From the NCBI GenBank assembly GCA_963725865.1, contig CAVSAC010000014.1, positions 928,001-992,000 of the forward strand: a stretch of 64,000 nucleotides of DNA, given 5' to 3'. This document shows, one piece after another, positions 59,596 to 64,000 of the stretch. Position numbers and translations under genes: made by a program. This DNA comes from Candidatus Eiseniibacteriota bacterium. Its GTDB lineage: Bacteria; Eisenbacteria; RBG-16-71-46. The notes below the pieces were generated by a model. The model ran no database searches. It was not told the origin of the DNA and saw only the letters and a program-made list of their open reading frames with translations. Each line of letters starts with the position of its first letter. The stretch's first letter is position 1.

Positions 59596-60890
59596 TTCGT
59601 CCGCGCCCACTTCAGGACTTCGGGCAGCGTCGGACTCTTGCCGTACATGAGCAGCCCGATGCGGAAGATCCGCGCGGCGGCCGTGAGCACCAGCCACACG
59701 GAGAGCGCCAGCACTGCCAACGAGGCGGCCACCTGCCAGCCGGGCACCGCGCCGCCGGGGGCGGCGAGACGCATCACGGTGGTCGAGGCCGCCGTGAACG
59801 GGATGAACGACAGCACGGTCGCCACCGCGCCGTCGGGGTGCGCGAGGATCTTCATCATGACGATGAACGGCACGAAGTTCGCGAACGTGAATCCCCAGGC
59901 CACCTGCTGCGCTTCGCGCATGTTGCTGGTCATCGCGCCGATCGCGGTCATCAAGCTGGCGTAGAACAGGTACCCGAGCAGGAAGTACACGACCAGCTCC
60001 ACGATCAGCAGCGGCGGAAACTGGATGTGCGCGAGCGCGGCCGCCGGAGCCGAGAACGCGAGCCCGCTGCCGGCCCACGCGGCCACCAGCGTGAGACCCA
60101 CGCTGCCGAGGCCGAGCAGCTTGCCCACCAGCAGGTCCTCGGCGGTGACCGTGCAGATGAGCGATTCCAGGATCCGGGACTCCTTCTCCTCGCTCACGCC
60201 CTGCAGCAGATACTGGCCACCGGTCACGATCGAAACGCTCATGAGCATCCCGAACAGGAACGGCAGCAGGAATCCCATCAGCTCGCGCCGGTCATCCTTG
60301 AGCGTGAACTGGCCGTCCTTGCCCAGCTCGTACGTCACCAGCCCGCGGGAGGGGCGCGCGACGCGCTCGATCAGCGTGGTATCCGCGCGCCCGGCGAGCA
60401 GATTGCGCACCAGCCAGAGCGTGACGGGGCGCTCGCTCGCGGTCGAGAATCCGCCGCCGGAGCGCGCGTAGCGGCGCAGCTGGCCGGACGCGAGGTAGTC
60501 GGGCGGCACCACGAGCACCTGGTCGACCGTGTGCCCGCGCAGCGCCGCCTGCGCGGAGTCCTGCGACGCGAACATCCGCACCGCGGCGGTGAACACCTGG
60601 GGTGCCGCGGGCGCGGACTGGGTGTCGAACGGGTTCACCTCGGGGGCCCAGACGGTGCGGATGTCGCGCGAGGCGTCCGAGAACAGTCCTGAGGAGTCCA
60701 CCACCGCGAGCGTGTGCAGCTCCCGGATGGATTTCATCGCGTCGTCGATCTGCGGCTTGATCGAGATCCACATGACGAACGCGAAGTACGCGGGCATGCC
60801 GATGAGGGTGATGATGAACGCCTTCTTGCGGACCGACGTCAGGTACTCCCGCCGCGCGATGATCAGCGCGCGCCGCCACGAAAACCTCAT
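59592..60890 (-). CDS. ABC-2 permease (NatB/YhaP-like)
   Basis: IARREY, EEKESRILESL, LVGKLLG and RIFRIGLLMYG motifs. Confidence 0.9.
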   Translation of the reverse strand: MRFSWRRALIIARREYLTSVRKKAFIITLIGMPAYFAFVMWISIKPQIDDAMKSIRELHTLAVVDSSGLFSDASRDIRTVWAPEVNPFDTQSAPAAPQVFTAAVRMFASQDSAQAALRGHTVDQVLVVPPDYLASGQLRRYARSGGGFSTASERPVTLWLVRNLLAGRADTTLIERVARPSRGLVTYELGKDGQFTLKDDRRELMGFLLPFLFGMLMSVSIVTGGQYLLQGVSEEKESRILESLICTVTAEDLLVGKLLGLGSVGLTLVAAWAGSGLAFSAPAAALAHIQFPPLLIVELVVYFLLGYLFYASLMTAIGAMTSNMREAQQVAWGFTFANFVPFIVMMKILAHPDGAVATVLSFIPFTAASTTVMRLAAPGGAVPGWQVAASLAVLALSVWLVLTAAARIFRIGLLMYGKSPTLPEVLKWARTK

Positions 60891-61840
60891 CGCGCACCTC
60901 CCTGCGGCGCCATGGCGTCCACCGTGGGCGGACCGCTCTGGCCATGGTCGAGTCCCAGCCCCTCGCGCACCACCTTCACGAAGATGTCCTCGAGCGGAAG
61001 GATCGCGTGCTCGAACGCCTCGAGGTCGACGCCGGCGTCGAGCAGGGCGCGCAACACCTCTCGCGGAGTGGCCTGCGGTTCGAGCGTGAGCTTGAAGGCG
61101 CCGTCGACCGCCGTCATTCGGCTCACTCCAGCAACCGGCGGCGGCGGGTGGGGAGCACGCACCACCACCGCGTGGTCGGCGTAGGTGCGCCGCAGCTCAC
61201 GCACCGGCCCGTAGAGCACCATGTGGCCGCGATTGATCATGAGCGCCCGATCGCACAATTCCTCGACCTTGTTCATCTGGTGCGTGGACAGCAGCACGGT
61301 GGTGCCGGCCGCGCGGCGCTCGTGGAGCACGTCCTCGAACAGCTGCACGTTGATCGGATCGAGTCCGCTGAAGGGCTCGTCGAGGATCAGCAGCCGCGGG
61401 TCCCCGATCAGCGCGGTGCAGAGCTGGACCTTCTGCTGCATGCCCTTCGACAGGACCTGCACCTGCTTGTCCGCCCACTCGCGCAGTTCGACCCGGCCGA
61501 GCAACTGCAGCGACGCCGCTCGCGCGTCGTGGCGGCTCATGCCCTTGAGCTCGCCGTAGTACGAGAGCGCCTCCGCAACGCTCACCTTGCGGTAGAGTCC
61601 GCGCTCCTCGGGCAGGTACGCGATGCGCTCGCGCGCGCCCGCGGAGACCGAGTGCCCGTCGAGCAGGATGGTGCCCGAGTCGGGGCGCAGGATGTCCGTG
61701 ATCATGCGGATCAGGGTGGTCTTGCCAGCGCCGTTGGGCCCCAGCAGGGCGAAGATCTCACCCGGATTCACGTCGAACGACACGCGGTTCACCACCGCAC
61801 GTTCGTCGTAGGACTTCGTGACGTCGCGGACTTCGAGCAT
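60887..61840 (-). CDS. ABC ATP-binding protein (NatA/YhaQ-like)
   Basis: GPNGAGKTT, YLPEERGLY, LSKGMQQK and LDEPFSGLDP motifs. Confidence 0.92.
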   Translation of the reverse strand: MLEVRDVTKSYDERAVVNRVSFDVNPGEIFALLGPNGAGKTTLIRMITDILRPDSGTILLDGHSVSAGARERIAYLPEERGLYRKVSVAEALSYYGELKGMSRHDARAASLQLLGRVELREWADKQVQVLSKGMQQKVQLCTALIGDPRLLILDEPFSGLDPINVQLFEDVLHERRAAGTTVLLSTHQMNKVEELCDRALMINRGHMVLYGPVRELRRTYADHAVVVRAPHPPPPVAGVSRMTAVDGAFKLTLEPQATPREVLRALLDAGVDLEAFEHAILPLEDIFVKVVREGLGLDHGQSGPPTVDAMAPQGGAR

Positions 61841-62079
61841 GGGATCCTCGTGGGGGCGGTCCGAGCGGGCGACGGCCTGGTGCGCTCGCGCGGCGGAGGG
61901 CGCAGACTAGAAGAAGCTCCACTGGGGCTCAAGGTGCTGATGGACGAACGGGCATGCCGCTCCACGAGCGCGCCACCCGGGGCCTGGACGCCCCCGCGTG
62001 GCAGAGGGCTGACCACCCTTCTGCTGCCAGCGGGCAGAAATCGCGCGCGGGGCAGCAGGATGCACGCCGGCGGGGGCGC

Positions 62080-62123
62080 CAAGTGGTTGAAATCCCACGT
62101 GCATCCATGGCCCCGTTATTGCA
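62080..62123 (+). promoter_or_regulatory. sigma54 (-24/-12) promoter with adjacent IHF-like site
   Basis: TGGCCCCGTTATTGCA (GG-N10-GC, 62108-62123); TTTCAACCACTTG on the minus strand at 62080-62092. Confidence 0.7.
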
Positions 62124-62203
62124 AAACACAGTGCGGCTCGAAGTGCGCCGCGGCGCCCGCCCGGGCGACGCCCGCGCACGATGCTCCGGAGGTAGCTCTC
62201 GCG

Positions 62204-63466
62204 ATGGACTCCTTCACCCGTCGGATGGTCGCTCTCGGCCTCGCCGCCCCGCTGGCGCTCGCGGTGCTCGCCGGCTGCGGTAAGAACACTATCGTCACGC
62301 CCGTCCCGGCGACCCCGCTGAGCAGCGTCGTGATCACCCCGGACGACACCACGCTCACGGTCGGCCAGATCGCCTCGTTCTCGGCGGTCACGGCCGACAC
62401 CGACAGCGTGGTGGTGACGGGCGTGTCGCTCACGTGGACCAGTACGAACGCGGGGGTGTTCACGGTGACGTCGGCCGGCGTGGTGACCGCGCGGGGCGAG
62501 GGCTCCGCCGAACTCATCGCCGCCGGCGGCGGTCAGGCCGACACCTCGACGGTGCACGTGCAACCGCCGGCGCGTGGCTGGTTCGCCCAGTCGAGCGGCC
62601 TGACGACCAAGCTCAACGGCGTGTACTTCCGCCCCGACGGCCGGCACGGCTGGGCGGTGGGCGATGCCGGCCGCATCCTCACCACGGCGGATGCCGGCGT
62701 GACGTGGAGTTCGCAGACCAGCAACACGGGCGTGGTGCTGAACGACGTGGTGTTCACGACCGACCTCGAGGGCTGGGCGGTCGGCGTCGGCGCCACGGTC
62801 CGTCACACCACCGATGGCGGCGCGAACTGGGGCACGGTGATCCCGGGCGCGACCGAGAACCTGCACGGCGTGTGGTTCGCGACCCGCGACACGGGCTGGG
62901 CGGTCGGCAACCTCGGCGCGGTGGTGCGGACGTTCGATCGCGGCGCGACCTGGAGCAAGCAGAACCTTCCCACCGCGGGGGGCGCGCTGAACGACGTCTC
63001 GTTCATCGGCACCCGGTTCGGCTGGGCGGTCGGCGACAACGGCTTCATCTTCGCCACCACGGACCGTGGCATCAGCTGGACCGCGGTGACCCCGGCGATC
63101 ACCGCCGCCAACCTGAAGAGCGTGTGGCGCCAGAGCTTCCTGCGTGCGAACGCGGTCGGCGCCACCGGTGCCGCGCCGCGCTGCGCGGACGATGGGGTCG
63201 GCAATCCCGAGTGGACGCTGGTGAACCCCGGCGCCCTGTTCCAGATCGAGGGCGTGTGCTTCGCGACCGACCTGATCGGCTGGTGCGTGGGCCTCAACGG
63301 CACCGGGTTCGTGCTGCGGAGCGGCGACGGCGGCCAGTCGTGGGCGCCGCAGACGGCGACCGCCTCGAGCAGCCTCAACGCCGTGTACTTCATCGACAGC
63401 GAGCATGGCTGGGCGGTGGGCAACGGCGGCGTGATCCTCCACACCGCGACGGGCGGCCAGCCCTAG
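62204..63466 (+). CDS. Lipoprotein with Ig-like (Big_2) domain and YCF48/BNR beta-propeller
   Basis: Lipobox LAGC; W.STNA.V.TV...G Ig segment; repeated GWAVG..G....T.DGG..W. Confidence 0.85.
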   Translation: MDSFTRRMVALGLAAPLALAVLAGCGKNTIVTPVPATPLSSVVITPDDTTLTVGQIASFSAVTADTDSVVVTGVSLTWTSTNAGVFTVTSAGVVTARGEGSAELIAAGGGQADTSTVHVQPPARGWFAQSSGLTTKLNGVYFRPDGRHGWAVGDAGRILTTADAGVTWSSQTSNTGVVLNDVVFTTDLEGWAVGVGATVRHTTDGGANWGTVIPGATENLHGVWFATRDTGWAVGNLGAVVRTFDRGATWSKQNLPTAGGALNDVSFIGTRFGWAVGDNGFIFATTDRGISWTAVTPAITAANLKSVWRQSFLRANAVGATGAAPRCADDGVGNPEWTLVNPGALFQIEGVCFATDLIGWCVGLNGTGFVLRSGDGGQSWAPQTATASSSLNAVYFIDSEHGWAVGNGGVILHTATGGQP

Positions 63467-63618
63467 GCGGCCGCGCCCGCGCGGCGCACTTCCGCGGCCC
63501 GGTGCGGCCGGCGACGCGTCCTCGGGGACGCGTGCGACCGGCTCCGCCGGGCCGCCGCGCGTGGGGCCGACCGACGAGCGCGCATGCTACAGTGGCGCGT
63601 CCCCGTCCGGAGGTCCGC

Positions 63619-64000
63619 TTGGCGCAGCACCTCATCGTCGTCGATGGCTACAACCTCATCCTGCGCACCGCCGCGCTGAAGCCGGAGCCCGGCCGCACCC
63701 TGCGCGACTCGCGCCAGAAGCTGCTGAACCTGCTCGCGTGGGCGGTCGGCACCGGGGACGCGCAATTCCTGGTGGTGTTCGACGGCGCCGAGGGTGGCGG
63801 ACACGAGGGCCCCGAGGGTCGCGTCGAGGTGCGCTTCTCGCGGCCGCCCGAGAAGGCGGACGACCTGATCCGGCGCATCGTCGAGGAGCGGGTCGAGAAG
63901 GTGGAGCGCCTGACGGTGGTGACCGCCGACCTCGAGGTCGCCCGCCACGCGCGCGCCATGGGCGCCGACGTGGCGCTCGCAGACCTGTTCCTCGCGAGCG
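63619..64000 (+). CDS. NYN/YacP (Rae1-like) PIN-fold RNase, partial
   Basis: GGAGG RBS, TTG start; VDGYNL, VVFDG, ADDLI and VVTAD motifs; runs off the window. Confidence 0.85.
   Translation, partial: MAQHLIVVDGYNLILRTAALKPEPGRTLRDSRQKLLNLLAWAVGTGDAQFLVVFDGAEGGGHEGPEGRVEVRFSRPPEKADDLIRRIVEERVEKVERLTVVTADLEVARHARAMGADVALADLFLAS

Overview
Very GC-rich bacterial chromosome segment spanning the replication origin. FlgD-Ig/T9SS-like C-terminal domains and many outer-membrane barrels suggest a diderm of the FCB-associated group, possibly Ca. Eisenbacteria (inference). From left to right it holds: (1) a minus-strand phosphate-starvation island with pstC', two pstS, an OprO/P-like porin, a small HNH-repeat-like protein, a TonB-dependent receptor, an ElpS-like secreted protein, phoR-phoB and 11-bp-phased Pho-box-like repeats; (2) a NitT/TauT-type ABC pair, a GNAT and a beta-barrel; (3) a bipartite oriC around dnaA, followed by dnaN-dciA-gyrB-(beta-barrel)-gyrA-rex, with no recF or rpmH; (4) housekeeping genes (EamA, ABC exporter, HDAC family, CorA, metallophosphoesterase, thioredoxin-like, DEDDh exonuclease, peroxiredoxin, a degenerate NtrC-like regulator, groES-groEL); (5) a 14-repeat beta-propeller surface protein, a GH144-like hydrolase and a glycosyltransferase pseudogene; (6) efp, an HD protein, a Rho homolog lacking its OB-fold RNA-binding domain, PduO, a ~900-aa GreA, a B3/4 editing protein, nadE, MFS/ABC transporters, a sigma54-type promoter before a YCF48-like lipoprotein, and a partial NYN RNase. 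No rRNA, tRNA, CRISPR array or mobile element was recognised. The most notable items are the OB-less, Arg-rich Rho with a long uORF/rut-like leader and structured 3' trailer, several unassigned 200-360 nt structured intergenic RNAs, and the pseudo-NtrC with candidate operators upstream of groES. All product calls rest on motif recognition by eye; no database searches were run.
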